In this document: one piece after another, positions 9,310 through 18,065 of the stretch
How the letters are laid out: each line of letters begins with the position of its first letter
How positions within the stretch are numbered: the stretch's first letter is position 1
Translations under genes and position numbers: made by a program
Notes under the pieces: model-generated
What the model was told of the DNA's origin: nothing
Seen by the model: the letters and a program-made list of their open reading frames with translations, nothing else
Database searches by the model: none
Assembly (NCBI GenBank): GCA_903879985.1
Contig: CAIRNR010000004.1
Location: 32,762-96,761, forward strand
DNA from: an uncultured candidate division WWE3 bacterium
GTDB lineage: Bacteria > Patescibacteriota > WWE3 > UBA101185 > UBA10185
Length of the DNA stretch: 64,000 bases
Reading direction: 5' to 3'

Positions 9310-10641
9310 CTAGTTTGCAACACCCTTAGTTTTTGGAATAGCCAAAAGCATTTTTGCTTGGGGATACCAACTGCCGTCAGATTTTTGCCATGCGAATCCC
9401 ATGGCGCACGGATCCGAGCTTCTAAATATAAATGGTGTAATGGCAACAATTCTCGGATCGTTTAGCCAGTAGTTTGTATAAGCATCCTTAAATCGGTCGG
9501 AGGTTGTGTCAGCGGACAATAAACCGGCTTGAACATATTGGCTACAACTAGTCTGACCTTCTTTATGAAGCCAACCTGTTTCAGTAATAAATATTGGCAA
9601 CGCACTTAAGCTGAAATTGGCTTTAAGTAAATTCATTTCCCACGCGTAGTTATTTATTGTATCGCGGGCGGTGTAGCCAAAGGGTAAGTTGTTTATGTCG
9701 CCACTAAAGTTTGGTTGTGGATATGAGTGTGTGGACCAGCCGTCAATTTTTTTAAATATTCCGGGTACAGCGTCATTCATTTTTATAAGATAAGTATCTT
9801 CACTCATGTAGCGATCTTGAGTTCGTGCGCTGCTGTTAAAAGCTCCTGGCATAATAAAAAAGTCTTTGCTTTTAGCTTTAAAAGATTTAATAGCTTTGTC
9901 CAAAGCTTGGGCGTATTCGTCGGGAGCTATTCTTTGGCACCAATAGTCTTTAGCATTCATTTCATTAAACAAAGCTATATATCTGTGTTTACTAGGCCAT
10001 TTAACACTGTTTAAAGTTGAGGCCAATGCGTCGAAATCCATTTTGTCTGGTTTGCATACGCTGTCATTTGAAATTTGAATAATTGGAATTAGATGCGCCG
10101 AGGCAGCTGCATCAAACATACCTTGCCAAGATTTTTGATTGCGATCATTAATACTCATTGTTAATAAAACGTATCCCCAATCGCCGCCGTTACTGTTTAC
10201 TAATTTTGCTGCTGCTTTTATATCGTCCGATATATTGTGAACATACATGCCGACTTTATTGTTAGCGGTTCCTCTTCCGTAAAATACTTGGTCTGATGCG
10301 TCGGTTACTGCATCTGCCGTTGGTGTTGGTGTAGGCGTAGAAGTTGGTGTTGGCGTAGGTGTGGGTGTTGCGGAGGGAGACGTAGTCCCATTTGGAGTTT
10401 GGTCTGCTGGTGCTGCGTTTACAATAATTTTGGTTGGAGAATTCTCAGCGGAGTCGTTCGCGCCTAAAACATTTGCAGGTTCTGACATTGTATTTTGTGT
10501 TGGCATTAATACCGCGAGTTTTTGCTTATGAAAACTTGTATACGCGTATGTTCCTATAACCGCGATTACAAGTAAAGTTATGGAAGAAAAAAAGATTTTC
10601 GAAAAAATTGAGCCTTGAGAATGTTGTCTGATTTTTGGCAT
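9310..10641 (-). CDS. Membrane-anchored secreted glycoside hydrolase-like protein (clan GH-A-like TIM barrel; inference).
   Basis: It has an N-terminal TM helix, a TPTPTPTPTST linker, and IFITETGW resembling the GH-A nucleophile motif (I/V-T-E-x-G). Confidence 0.45.
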   Translation of the reverse strand: MPKIRQHSQGSIFSKIFFSSITLLVIAVIGTYAYTSFHKQKLAVLMPTQNTMSEPANVLGANDSAENSPTKIIVNAAPADQTPNGTTSPSATPTPTPTPTSTPTPTPTADAVTDASDQVFYGRGTANNKVGMYVHNISDDIKAAAKLVNSNGGDWGYVLLTMSINDRNQKSWQGMFDAAASAHLIPIIQISNDSVCKPDKMDFDALASTLNSVKWPSKHRYIALFNEMNAKDYWCQRIAPDEYAQALDKAIKSFKAKSKDFFIMPGAFNSSARTQDRYMSEDTYLIKMNDAVPGIFKKIDGWSTHSYPQPNFSGDINNLPFGYTARDTINNYAWEMNLLKANFSLSALPIFITETGWLHKEGQTSCSQYVQAGLLSADTTSDRFKDAYTNYWLNDPRIVAITPFIFRSSDPCAMGFAWQKSDGSWYPQAKMLLAIPKTKGVAN

Positions 10642-10684
10642 TTACCCATTTTGCTTTATGAAAGAGTTATTGTCAAAGGAGGAA

Positions 10685-10900
10685 TTAGATTTCAAAAACT
10701 TTATGTTTTGCGTTGTCACCTTGAATTAATTTAATGTGACTTTTAGGAATACTATAATGCTTGGAAAGTGCCTCTCTTATTGCATTGTTCGCTTTACCTT
10801 CCAATGGTGGTTCATTTACGTAAATATGAATATTTTCAAGTAAATCTGTGATTATTCTAGGTTTTTTGGAGTTTGGGTGAGCAACTACGTTTATTTTCAT
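10685..10900 (-). CDS. YggU/DUF167 family protein.
   Basis: The 71-aa product has the PPLEGKAN core typical of UPF0235/YggU. Confidence 0.6.
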   Translation of the reverse strand: MKINVVAHPNSKKPRIITDLLENIHIYVNEPPLEGKANNAIREALSKHYSIPKSHIKLIQGDNAKHKVFEI

Positions 10901-10976
10901 TTAGTTATTCTACTACACTATAAGCTTCTAAAACACAGTTAATCGTGATAGAATGGCGAAAATCTTAACATAGGAA

Positions 10977-12281
10977 ATGGGAGAGTGTGACATGGTAGCA
11001 AAAAAAGGTAGAAATGCCGGTGATTTCGAAGAAGATTCTGGTTTTGGTGTAGGTTCCGGAGGAAGCAAAGGAATGCTATATGAATTCCAGAGACTTACCC
11101 AGAAGATCAATGCCAAGGCCGCAAAGACGACAGCGCAACTCCCCATAAAAGGCGAAGCGACGTTGTTTCTTAGTGGGGGCCTTCAGATTGTAAAATTGGG
11201 GAAGGAAGCGCCAGAAGTTCGTGAGGCTGTGGAATATCTTATTAAAAACCCACGGATTCGTTATGCAAAAAGAATTGTTGTTCGTGAAAATGGTGTTGGT
11301 CTGGTGCCCGTGTTATTGGCACTTCAGTTTAAGGCCAAAACTTTTGATGTGTCGCTGTGGACTCTAAACACACTGCCGATACTGAGAAAAAACATTTTTG
11401 GAAACGGTGTCGAAGAACGTATTCGAATTTCCGTGGAAGCAAAAGCTTCAAGAAAGGGCGGTGTAGCAATTCTTGTACACGAACCTTTCCAGGCACGCGC
11501 AACAGTACTTGCTGAAATCCGGGACCTTTTGGGATTATCTCGTACCGGTATTGTTTACGTTATTTCTCACAAAAGCAAAGGTATTGAAACTTTGCTGCGG
11601 GACATAAATGAAAGCAATATGGTTGGAGAGGTCGTAGCGAGGGGTTTAGGTGGTGCAAGGGTGATTGAGGTTACTGCCGGGGTTTCGCAGAATTACAAAG
11701 ATTTTGTAGGAGATGCATCAGGTTTTGAGTGCACTGCCGCGGAGAAAAAAATATCGTTTCGTACCGCTTACTCATTATTTTCCCCGGAAAAAGTGGATGG
11801 CGGATCCGCAATGCTCATTCGGTATGTTTTTAAGATTACTGCTGCGGATAAGCTGGCAGCGCTTAAGGTATATGACATGGCGTGTGGCTACGGTGCGCTT
11901 GCATTGTCGATACTAAGCGCACGTGAAAACGCAACGGCGGTATTAAGCGACTCTGATGCTCGCGCCGTAAATTTGGCTCAGCTTAATGCAAAGTTACAGG
12001 GCATTGCTGCAAGGGTCAAAGTTGTATTGGCAGATGGACCGGATGGTGTGACTGGAGAATATGATTTGGTTGTTTCAAATCCTCCTTTGCATATTAGCCG
12101 TGGACATCTTGTTGAAGTACTTTACAACGCGCGTAAGTTGGTTAAAAAAGGAGGACGACTCATTTTGGTCGTGGAGGATTCTCGTGTTGTTGAGGTATGT
12201 GGTCTCATGAAAGACAAGGGAATCTATTTCACAAAAGTCTTCGATGGTGGAACGCATTCAGTTCTGGAGTACAAAAAGTAA
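10977..12281 (+). CDS. RsmC/RlmG-like rRNA (guanine-N2) methyltransferase: an N-terminal non-catalytic domain plus a C-terminal MTS domain.
   Basis: The C-terminal part has DMACGYGALAL (SAM motif I) and DLVVSNPPLH (the N/D-P-P-F/L-H motif of N2-guanine or N6 MTases). The gene is GC-elevated and its start is uncertain. Confidence 0.55.
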   Translation: MGECDMVAKKGRNAGDFEEDSGFGVGSGGSKGMLYEFQRLTQKINAKAAKTTAQLPIKGEATLFLSGGLQIVKLGKEAPEVREAVEYLIKNPRIRYAKRIVVRENGVGLVPVLLALQFKAKTFDVSLWTLNTLPILRKNIFGNGVEERIRISVEAKASRKGGVAILVHEPFQARATVLAEIRDLLGLSRTGIVYVISHKSKGIETLLRDINESNMVGEVVARGLGGARVIEVTAGVSQNYKDFVGDASGFECTAAEKKISFRTAYSLFSPEKVDGGSAMLIRYVFKITAADKLAALKVYDMACGYGALALSILSARENATAVLSDSDARAVNLAQLNAKLQGIAARVKVVLADGPDGVTGEYDLVVSNPPLHISRGHLVEVLYNARKLVKKGGRLILVVEDSRVVEVCGLMKDKGIYFTKVFDGGTHSVLEYKK

Positions 12282-12298
12282 AAGCTCCGGAAAAACAA

Positions 12299-12342
12299 AA
12301 AGCAGGCTCGTGTTTATTAAACATTAGCCTGCTATTTTTTTA
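12299..12342. terminator. Bidirectional intrinsic terminator.
   Basis: Hairpin AGCAGGCT-(17 nt)-AGCCTGCT flanked by A-runs and T-runs on both sides. It lies between convergent genes. Confidence 0.6.
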
Positions 12343-12355
12343 CTTCTCCCCTATT

Positions 12356-12598
12356 CTATTCCTTTAACAATGGCCACTCTCCTGCATTAACGCCATCCAT
12401 GATAACCAAAATGATGCAATTGTTTGGTACATCAAGGTAATATCTGTGGCCCGGTGTTCCAAAATCCGCGATATCTTTTGTTAGCATATCGCCACGCAGG
12501 TATCTGGTATATCCGGCACTCTTTGCCTGTGCAATGATCCCAGCTTGATCTGTTACCAGATGCTGCAAATGCGGAGGAATCGTCACGACGAATGGCAT
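12356..12598 (-). CDS. Hypothetical 80-aa protein, the last gene of the ECF transporter operon.
   Basis: It is co-oriented with ecfT and only 20 nt downstream of it. No motif was recognised. Confidence 0.3.
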   Translation of the reverse strand: MPFVVTIPPHLQHLVTDQAGIIAQAKSAGYTRYLRGDMLTKDIADFGTPGHRYYLDVPNNCIILVIMDGVNAGEWPLLKE

Positions 12599-12618
12599 AT
12601 CAAACTCCTTTCCCTTTC

Positions 12619-13395
12619 TTACTGAAAATAGACCAATTGTACGATCATAAGCGCAATGGTCACGATTACCAATGCTAAACCTTTTTTGCTTACGTGTACC
12701 TCGTTAAGTTCTGTGCGTGTTTTGTGTGCACCAAACCCTCGAACATCTAGAGCGATAGCTATTGTATCAACGCTCCGCATTTCTGTCGCTAAGAGCGCGG
12801 CCAATGTTGTCTTGATTCTTTCAAACCCTTTTTTGGATTTTCTAAGCGTTTGTACGTCATCAATGGCTTGAAGATCATATTGATACGTTGGAATCATACG
12901 TAGCGCTAGGTAGGCAATCCGTGAAAATCTATATGGAATGCCTACTTTTATCATCGACATTTCGAGTTCTTGAGGCGAGGTGCTAACGGAATACGCAATC
13001 GTGGATGCGACAAGCCCAAAAGTTCTTAGGACTATAGCGATTCCAACTTCCATACCTGTGTATGAAAGATTTAAAAACCAGATTGAAATCCCTTCCCCCG
13101 GTCTGGCCCAACCTTGGTATACAATCATTCCCCAACCTGAAATAGCCATAATTAAAGTAATTTTCAGGTACCGCCAAATATCAACGCGTGCGGCAAGAAA
13201 CGAAAAAATGGTGACTCCCAAAGTAACTGGCAACACTGTTTTAATGTCTCTCAGTGTGTATAACCAGCCAGCTATAATACAAATCCATACGAATTTCATT
13301 AGTGGATCTGTTCGGTTAAAAAGGGATCTGCCCGGTTTATATGCTAGAAGCATTTTGCACCTCCAGTTGGCTTGGACTTGTTGGTAGATTTGCAC
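12619..13395 (-). CDS. ECF transporter transmembrane (T) component (EcfT/CbiQ/YkoC-like).
   Basis: It has 5-6 TM helices and the CbiQ-type motif IALDVRGFG (A-x-x-x-R-G). It overlaps the upstream ATPase gene. Confidence 0.7.
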   Translation of the reverse strand: MQIYQQVQANWRCKMLLAYKPGRSLFNRTDPLMKFVWICIIAGWLYTLRDIKTVLPVTLGVTIFSFLAARVDIWRYLKITLIMAISGWGMIVYQGWARPGEGISIWFLNLSYTGMEVGIAIVLRTFGLVASTIAYSVSTSPQELEMSMIKVGIPYRFSRIAYLALRMIPTYQYDLQAIDDVQTLRKSKKGFERIKTTLAALLATEMRSVDTIAIALDVRGFGAHKTRTELNEVHVSKKGLALVIVTIALMIVQLVYFQ

Positions 13396-14941
13396 TTAGG
13401 TAGTGCATTGCTAAAGCTACCGTGGGATTTATGCTTGCATATCCCAAATCTGAATATAAGCGAGAGGTCAAATCCGAGGTGTGTCCGCTAAATTGGATAG
13501 CCCCGTTTTTTAACACAATCACTTCTTGCACGAAACTTCCCATTATCCTGGGGTCGTGCGTGATGTAGATCGAGGCGCCGGTAAAGGTGCTCAAGATCTC
13601 TTCGAAAAACTGAACTTGTTGTGCATCCAGTCCTGCGGTGGGTTCGTCGAGAATCAACAAATCCATAGGGCGTACTGTTGCAATCGCCAATGAAAGTCGT
13701 CGTTGTTCTCCACCTGATAGTTGAAAGGGCGAGGTGTCTTTATACTTAGACAGATCAAATCTTTCAAGCCACATTGCCACTTCTCTTGCCGAACATGTAG
13801 TGCCGTAAGCAATTTCATCGGCTACAGTCGTAGTGATAAAACCCAAACCAGGTTTTTGAGGCATCATTGCGATGTTACTGGCCAAAGTTTGAATTTTACC
13901 TTTAGATTGCTTTCGTAAGCCCGCAGCAAGTCGCGCCAATGTAGACTTACCGGATCCGTTGTGTCCTATTATTGCCACACGAACTCCGTTTTTAATAACT
14001 GCGGTTATATCCTTTAAGGCCAAAGTGCCGTCTGGATAACGATAGAAAACGTCATTGAGGTTCACGATATCTTTACCAGTACCGTTATTGTGTCTTTTAA
14101 CTGGCATCACTGTAACGTTAGCAGGCAAAAAAATCTTGCCTTTAACGATTCGAGTCAAAATATGTAGACCTGCGAGTTTTCTTTGGATCTGCATGACATG
14201 TGGTACTTCCACTTTGGCTTTTTTCATCGCCGTAAAACATTTTGGAAGTTTCTCGATATCAGTATCGATTGTCACTTTTCCGGAATCTAGCACGATTAAG
14301 CGTGTAGCTAGTTCAAGAAAAGGATCTAGCCAGTGCGTTGCCACTATTACGATGTCTACGGATTTTTTAATCTCCTTTAAGGCATCAATTACATCAGCAA
14401 CACCTTCTGGGTCTATATTGGCCAGCGGTTCGTCCAGAATCAGAATTTTCGGTCTGAGTGCGAGCAACGACGCTATTGCCAATCTTTGTAGCTGTCCACC
14501 CGACAATGTATCTACAGAAACATTTTCCAAATTTTCAAGGTGCATTAACTTAAGGGCATCTCTGCTTCGGCTTATTACCTCTTTTTTAGGGTAAAGAAAG
14601 TTACATAATGCTGCCGTTGCTTCTTCGATTACAGTTAAGTTACAAACCTGGCTGCCGGGATCTTGCAAAACAAAACCTACTCTGCCGGCAAGACCCTTAA
14701 TTCCCAAATTCTTTACCGATTTACCTCCAAAGGTAATTTCTCCTGTTATCTTTCCACCATAGTATTCGTATAAAATTCCCAAAATGGCTTGGAGCAATGT
14801 TGATTTGCCTCCGCCGTTTGGACCAGATAAGAGTACAAACTCGCCCGAAGATATTTGAATATCAACATTTGTTAAAGCTCTTACTCCGTTGATATACGAG
14901 TATGAAAGGTTGTTCACTGAAAGTTGCATAGTACCCTCCAA
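13337..14941 (-). CDS. Fused duplicated ECF/ABC ATPase (EcfA-EcfA', YkoD-like).
   Basis: One 534-aa polypeptide holds two complete ABC cassettes: Walker A GPNGGGKST and GHNGSGKST, signatures LSGGQLQRLAIA and LSGGEQRRLSLA, and Walker B ILILDEP and LLILDEP. Confidence 0.8.
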   Translation of the reverse strand: MEGTMQLSVNNLSYSYINGVRALTNVDIQISSGEFVLLSGPNGGGKSTLLQAILGILYEYYGGKITGEITFGGKSVKNLGIKGLAGRVGFVLQDPGSQVCNLTVIEEATAALCNFLYPKKEVISRSRDALKLMHLENLENVSVDTLSGGQLQRLAIASLLALRPKILILDEPLANIDPEGVADVIDALKEIKKSVDIVIVATHWLDPFLELATRLIVLDSGKVTIDTDIEKLPKCFTAMKKAKVEVPHVMQIQRKLAGLHILTRIVKGKIFLPANVTVMPVKRHNNGTGKDIVNLNDVFYRYPDGTLALKDITAVIKNGVRVAIIGHNGSGKSTLARLAAGLRKQSKGKIQTLASNIAMMPQKPGLGFITTTVADEIAYGTTCSAREVAMWLERFDLSKYKDTSPFQLSGGEQRRLSLAIATVRPMDLLILDEPTAGLDAQQVQFFEEILSTFTGASIYITHDPRIMGSFVQEVIVLKNGAIQFSGHTSDLTSRLYSDLGYASINPTVALAMHYLSANLPTSPSQLEVQNASSI

Positions 14942-14951
14942 TACAAAAGAA

Positions 14952-14996
14952 GGCCCGTCATTTTTTGTGTAAAAAAACGACGGGCCAGTTTAGACA
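14952..14996 (-). terminator. Strong intra-operon hairpin (terminator or attenuator) between the S-component gene and the ATPase gene.
   Basis: GGCCCGTC-ATTTTTT-GTGT-AAAAAAA-GACGGGCC forms a roughly 15-bp stem. It is followed on the minus strand by a T-rich tract. Confidence 0.5.
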
Positions 14997-15027
14997 CCGA
15001 ATATATAACTAACTGCTCCAGGCCTTC

Positions 15028-15627
15028 TTAATCAGGTACAAAGCCGGTTGCAGGAGTGGTGGCTTGAGATGCGGTTAATTTGCCCCACCCAGTTTTTGCA
15101 ATCGGAATCAATGCCCAGAAGACCATGACGCTGGTGAAGATCTTTCCGATGAAGCCCGGCCCGTAATATCCCAATAGTCCAGGAAGGGTTAACGGCACTG
15201 CATCGCGGTATCCATCCGGTAACCATCCCAGGGCCCATGCGATTAAGGATCCCAAAATCACCGTGCCCATATTGATATTACCGCGGAACCACCAGAAGGC
15301 GAGATCAACGCCAAGGCCTTCAATTCCGTCGGCAAGGATTACCCAAAGGCCGATCGGTGAGCCCAGCATCAACTCGACAACGCCTGACAGAAGTTTAACA
15401 ATCGTTGCAGCCCCAGGTTTCCTGATCCGCAGGATGATTAAGAAGCTGACGACGTTGAATCCAAAACTGCCAAAGAGGTCTTTCACGGCTGGGATAATTT
15501 GTGCGCCATAAATAAACTGCGCCCAACCCCACTGCCACAGACCGGCAACCACAACCATTCCCGCCATTTCGACAAAATCGCGCGTGGTAAAACCACCCCA
15601 TTTAGGTCGTGCCATTTTCGTTTCCAT
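15028..15627 (-). CDS. ECF transporter substrate-specific (S) component-like membrane protein (YkoE-like position).
   Basis: The ORF track start is 15735. A GGAGCAAGG RBS lies 7 nt before the ATG at 15627 (METKMARPKW). The protein has 5-6 TM helices and is Trp/Gly-rich. Gene order S then AA' then T matches ykoEDC-type ECF loci. It is GC-elevated. Confidence 0.45.
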   Translation of the reverse strand: METKMARPKWGGFTTRDFVEMAGMVVVAGLWQWGWAQFIYGAQIIPAVKDLFGSFGFNVVSFLIILRIRKPGAATIVKLLSGVVELMLGSPIGLWVILADGIEGLGVDLAFWWFRGNINMGTVILGSLIAWALGWLPDGYRDAVPLTLPGLLGYYGPGFIGKIFTSVMVFWALIPIAKTGWGKLTASQATTPATGFVPD

Positions 15628-15783
15628 AACCTTGCTCCTTTTTTCAAACGTATTGATATTTCTGATGTGATTTTTGACGAGTGAAAACTCGGTGTCTTCT
15701 AAATGACTTTCTTCTTCTGCGCGCCAATGTAACACACTTTATTTTGATATACAAGCATATAGTACTTAGACTATACTTTTAAA

Positions 15784-16008
15784 GTGCACATACTATTTCA
15801 CATAATCCTTTTACCATTCAGAATCATGTTTTTTATACTAAAAATGCTTTTTCACCTTATCAAATATCTTTTTATGCATGTAGGTCGCTTTTTGATTGTC
15901 ACGCTGGGCTTAAGTGATGATGTGGTTTTGGGTATTATGGCGGTTATTATGTTTCCTTTAACCTACTTTAAACTGATTCCAAAGCGCAAGGTTAAAAGAA
16001 CTTTTTAA
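15784..16008 (+). CDS. Small hydrophobic protein (74 aa).
   Basis: The ORF has two TM helices. It lies in an AT-rich intergenic region. Confidence 0.25.
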   Translation: MHILFHIILLPFRIMFFILKMLFHLIKYLFMHVGRFLIVTLGLSDDVVLGIMAVIMFPLTYFKLIPKRKVKRTF

Positions 16009-16039
16009 GCGTTGTATTTTTGTTATCATTAAGGAAGTT

Positions 16040-16369
16040 ATGTTCGAAGTTTACGATAAAAAAATTAAGCAACTTATAAACTCAAAATCAAAAGAAACTT
16101 CTTGGGCAGATGTATTAAGTACTCACCGCGAGATGATTTCCCTAATTCAGCACGAACGGCTTATTCATTTATTGGTTATGATTTTTGTGGGTATTGTAAT
16201 GGCAATGTCTTGCTTTGCTACTATCCTTTCAAGTGCGCCAAGCTTAATTATTTTGGACCTACCTTTGATGGTTCTTTTTATTGCTTATATCTTTCATTAC
16301 AGATTTTTAGAAAACACCACTCAAGCCTGGTATACGTATATTGAAAAAATTAAGGAGAAAATTAACTAA
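16040..16369 (+). CDS. Small membrane protein (109 aa, 2 TM).
   Basis: Its stop overlaps the mscL start in an ATGTTAA-type junction. Confidence 0.35.
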   Translation: MFEVYDKKIKQLINSKSKETSWADVLSTHREMISLIQHERLIHLLVMIFVGIVMAMSCFATILSSAPSLIILDLPLMVLFIAYIFHYRFLENTTQAWYTYIEKIKEKIN

Positions 16370-16776
16370 TGTTAAAAGGATTCAGGGATTTTATTATGAA
16401 AGGTAATGTAGTTGATATGGCAGTTGGAGTTGTGATTGGTGTCTCTTTTGGTGCTGTAGTTACTGCAATGGTTAAAGATTTAATTACACCACTCATCGGA
16501 GTATTCGGTGGAACTCCAGATTTTTCCGGTGTTTCATTTACATTGAATAATAGTAAGTTTTATGTCGGTGATTTTTTGAATACTTTAATTTCATTTCTTT
16601 TGCTTTCGGCTGTAATTTATTTTGCCGTAATACTTCCAATGAATAGACTAACGAAAAAAATGAAGGGAGATGTGAAACCTGAGCCAACTGAAAAGCAATG
16701 TGCCGAATGTTTAAGCATGATTCCCATTAAGGCTATGCGCTGTAAGTTTTGTACTGCTCTGCAGGAAAGTAACTAA
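16369..16776 (+). CDS. mscL: Large-conductance mechanosensitive channel MscL with a C-terminal CxxC...CxxC extension.
   Basis: The N-terminus MLKGFRDFIMKGNVVDMAVGVVIGVSFGAVV matches the MscL consensus, and there are two TM helices. The C-terminus is CAECLSMIPIKAMRCKFC. Confidence 0.8.
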   Translation: MLKGFRDFIMKGNVVDMAVGVVIGVSFGAVVTAMVKDLITPLIGVFGGTPDFSGVSFTLNNSKFYVGDFLNTLISFLLLSAVIYFAVILPMNRLTKKMKGDVKPEPTEKQCAECLSMIPIKAMRCKFCTALQESN

Positions 16777-16779
16777 TAA

Positions 16780-17466
16780 ATGAGCTTGGTTCATAAAACA
16801 AAAGTATCATGGCTTCGTGATTTTTTTCTTGGTGGTCAGGATGGCTTAGTAAATGTTTTGGGAATTGTACTTGGCCTTTTTGCCGCCGGTGGTGAATCTC
16901 ATATCATAATAGTAGCTGGAATGGCTGCCGCCTTTGCTGAGGCCGTTTCCATGGGAGCCGTTGCTTACACCTCTACCCTAGCCCAAAAAGATTTTTACGA
17001 TAAACAAAAACAAAACGAAAAAGCGCATATCGAAAAATTTCCTGAAGAAGAAAAACAAGAATTATATAAAATTTATTCTGCAAAAGGCTTTGAGGGAAAA
17101 CTTTTGGACGATATCGTGGATGAGATAGTTTCTGATAAAGAAGTTTGGGTAAATATAATGATGGAAGAGGAATTGGATTTATCAAAGGTTGATACTTCAA
17201 GCATTGTAAATAGCGCGTTAGTGGTTGGACTTTCAGCGTTGGTTGGTTCGTTTGTTCCGATTTTACCTTTGTTTTTTCTAGCCAGAACAGATGCTTTGAT
17301 AGCAAGTATTGTTGTTTCTGCATTGGCACTTTTTGCGGCCGGTGTTTATGAGGCAAAATCTTACGTGGGTAATTGGTTGCACAAAGGTTTGCAGATGGTA
17401 GCAATTGGTATGGGTGCAGCTCTTGTTGGATTTTTGGTCGGACGAGTTTTTAACGTAAATCCCTAA
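16780..17466 (+). CDS. VIT1/CCC1 (DUF125) family Fe/Mn transporter-like membrane protein.
   Basis: The N-terminal GGQDGLVNVLGIVLG pattern, the central cytoplasmic acidic helix region and the C-terminal TM bundle are typical of VIT-family proteins. Confidence 0.55.
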   Translation: MSLVHKTKVSWLRDFFLGGQDGLVNVLGIVLGLFAAGGESHIIIVAGMAAAFAEAVSMGAVAYTSTLAQKDFYDKQKQNEKAHIEKFPEEEKQELYKIYSAKGFEGKLLDDIVDEIVSDKEVWVNIMMEEELDLSKVDTSSIVNSALVVGLSALVGSFVPILPLFFLARTDALIASIVVSALALFAAGVYEAKSYVGNWLHKGLQMVAIGMGAALVGFLVGRVFNVNP

Positions 17467-17489
17467 TTAGATTTAGAAATTAATAAAAA

Positions 17490-17525
17490 AGAAACCCTCA
17501 GCGATTTTGTCGAAGAGGGTTTTAT
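17490..17525. terminator. Bidirectional intrinsic terminator.
   Basis: Hairpin AACCCTC-(15 nt)-GAGGGTT. It has a strong T-tract on the minus strand and a weaker one on the plus strand. Confidence 0.5.
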
Positions 17526-17538
17526 GCCGGTCGATTCA

Positions 17539-17985
17539 TTAATGTGTATCGGTTGTTCCGGTTAACATCATGTAGGCGCGACGTTTCATATCTGCCAATT
17601 CCTGGTTGTCTTCCAAAATAAGATCACAGGATTCATCCAAGAGCGTTGCCGGATTATCAGTACGTTCCAGGTCGCTTAAAAGAATTGGACCGCAAGAATA
17701 CCATTCAAACGTATCCTCATCGGGAATTACTATCATCATTATTTTGGCGCCATATTGTTTAATCAGTCTTGTCATTTCTTTTGATGCCGGAGTTGGAAAA
17801 ATGCCAAAAAATTTGATTGCTTTGAGTGGAATTGCCGGTGTGTTACAGATGCGCCAAAAGCCATCTGGTACATCCAGTGTTACCACCCAGCCTTCTGGTA
17901 CCTTGATACTGTCAAGAATGTCGGTTCTACCTCCGACGGCTCTTCCCAGGTCGGTCAAGTGCATAATTAAGTCACCGTTTTTCAT
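17539..17985 (-). CDS. Hypothetical cytoplasmic protein (148 aa); GC-elevated singleton.
   Basis: The ORF is clean and flanked by terminators. No motif was recognised. Confidence 0.3.
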   Translation of the reverse strand: MKNGDLIMHLTDLGRAVGGRTDILDSIKVPEGWVVTLDVPDGFWRICNTPAIPLKAIKFFGIFPTPASKEMTRLIKQYGAKIMMIVIPDEDTFEWYSCGPILLSDLERTDNPATLLDESCDLILEDNQELADMKRRAYMMLTGTTDTH

Positions 17986-18065
17986 TGCTGTCTCCTTTTA
18001 TCGTCGTCTATTTTGATGATGTTAGCATGTGCCCAATTCGTTTGCAACCTATAGGTCCTTTGGTG

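Noticed and set aside
12356-12598. YkoF/MTH1187-like thiamine-binding protein identity for the 80-aa ORF ending the ECF operon.
   Set aside because: The position is suggestive given the YkoEDC-like architecture, but no family motif could be recognised by eye. It is left as hypothetical.
15628-15790. Possible riboswitch (THI-box, FMN or preQ1) upstream of the ECF S-component gene.
   Set aside because: None of the hallmark conserved stretches (for example CUGAGA...ACCUGAUCUGGAUAAUGCCAGCGUAGGGA for TPP) is present. Only a small CGAGT/ACTCG hairpin is. The long ORF extension MLHWRAEEE... over this leader is probably non-coding.
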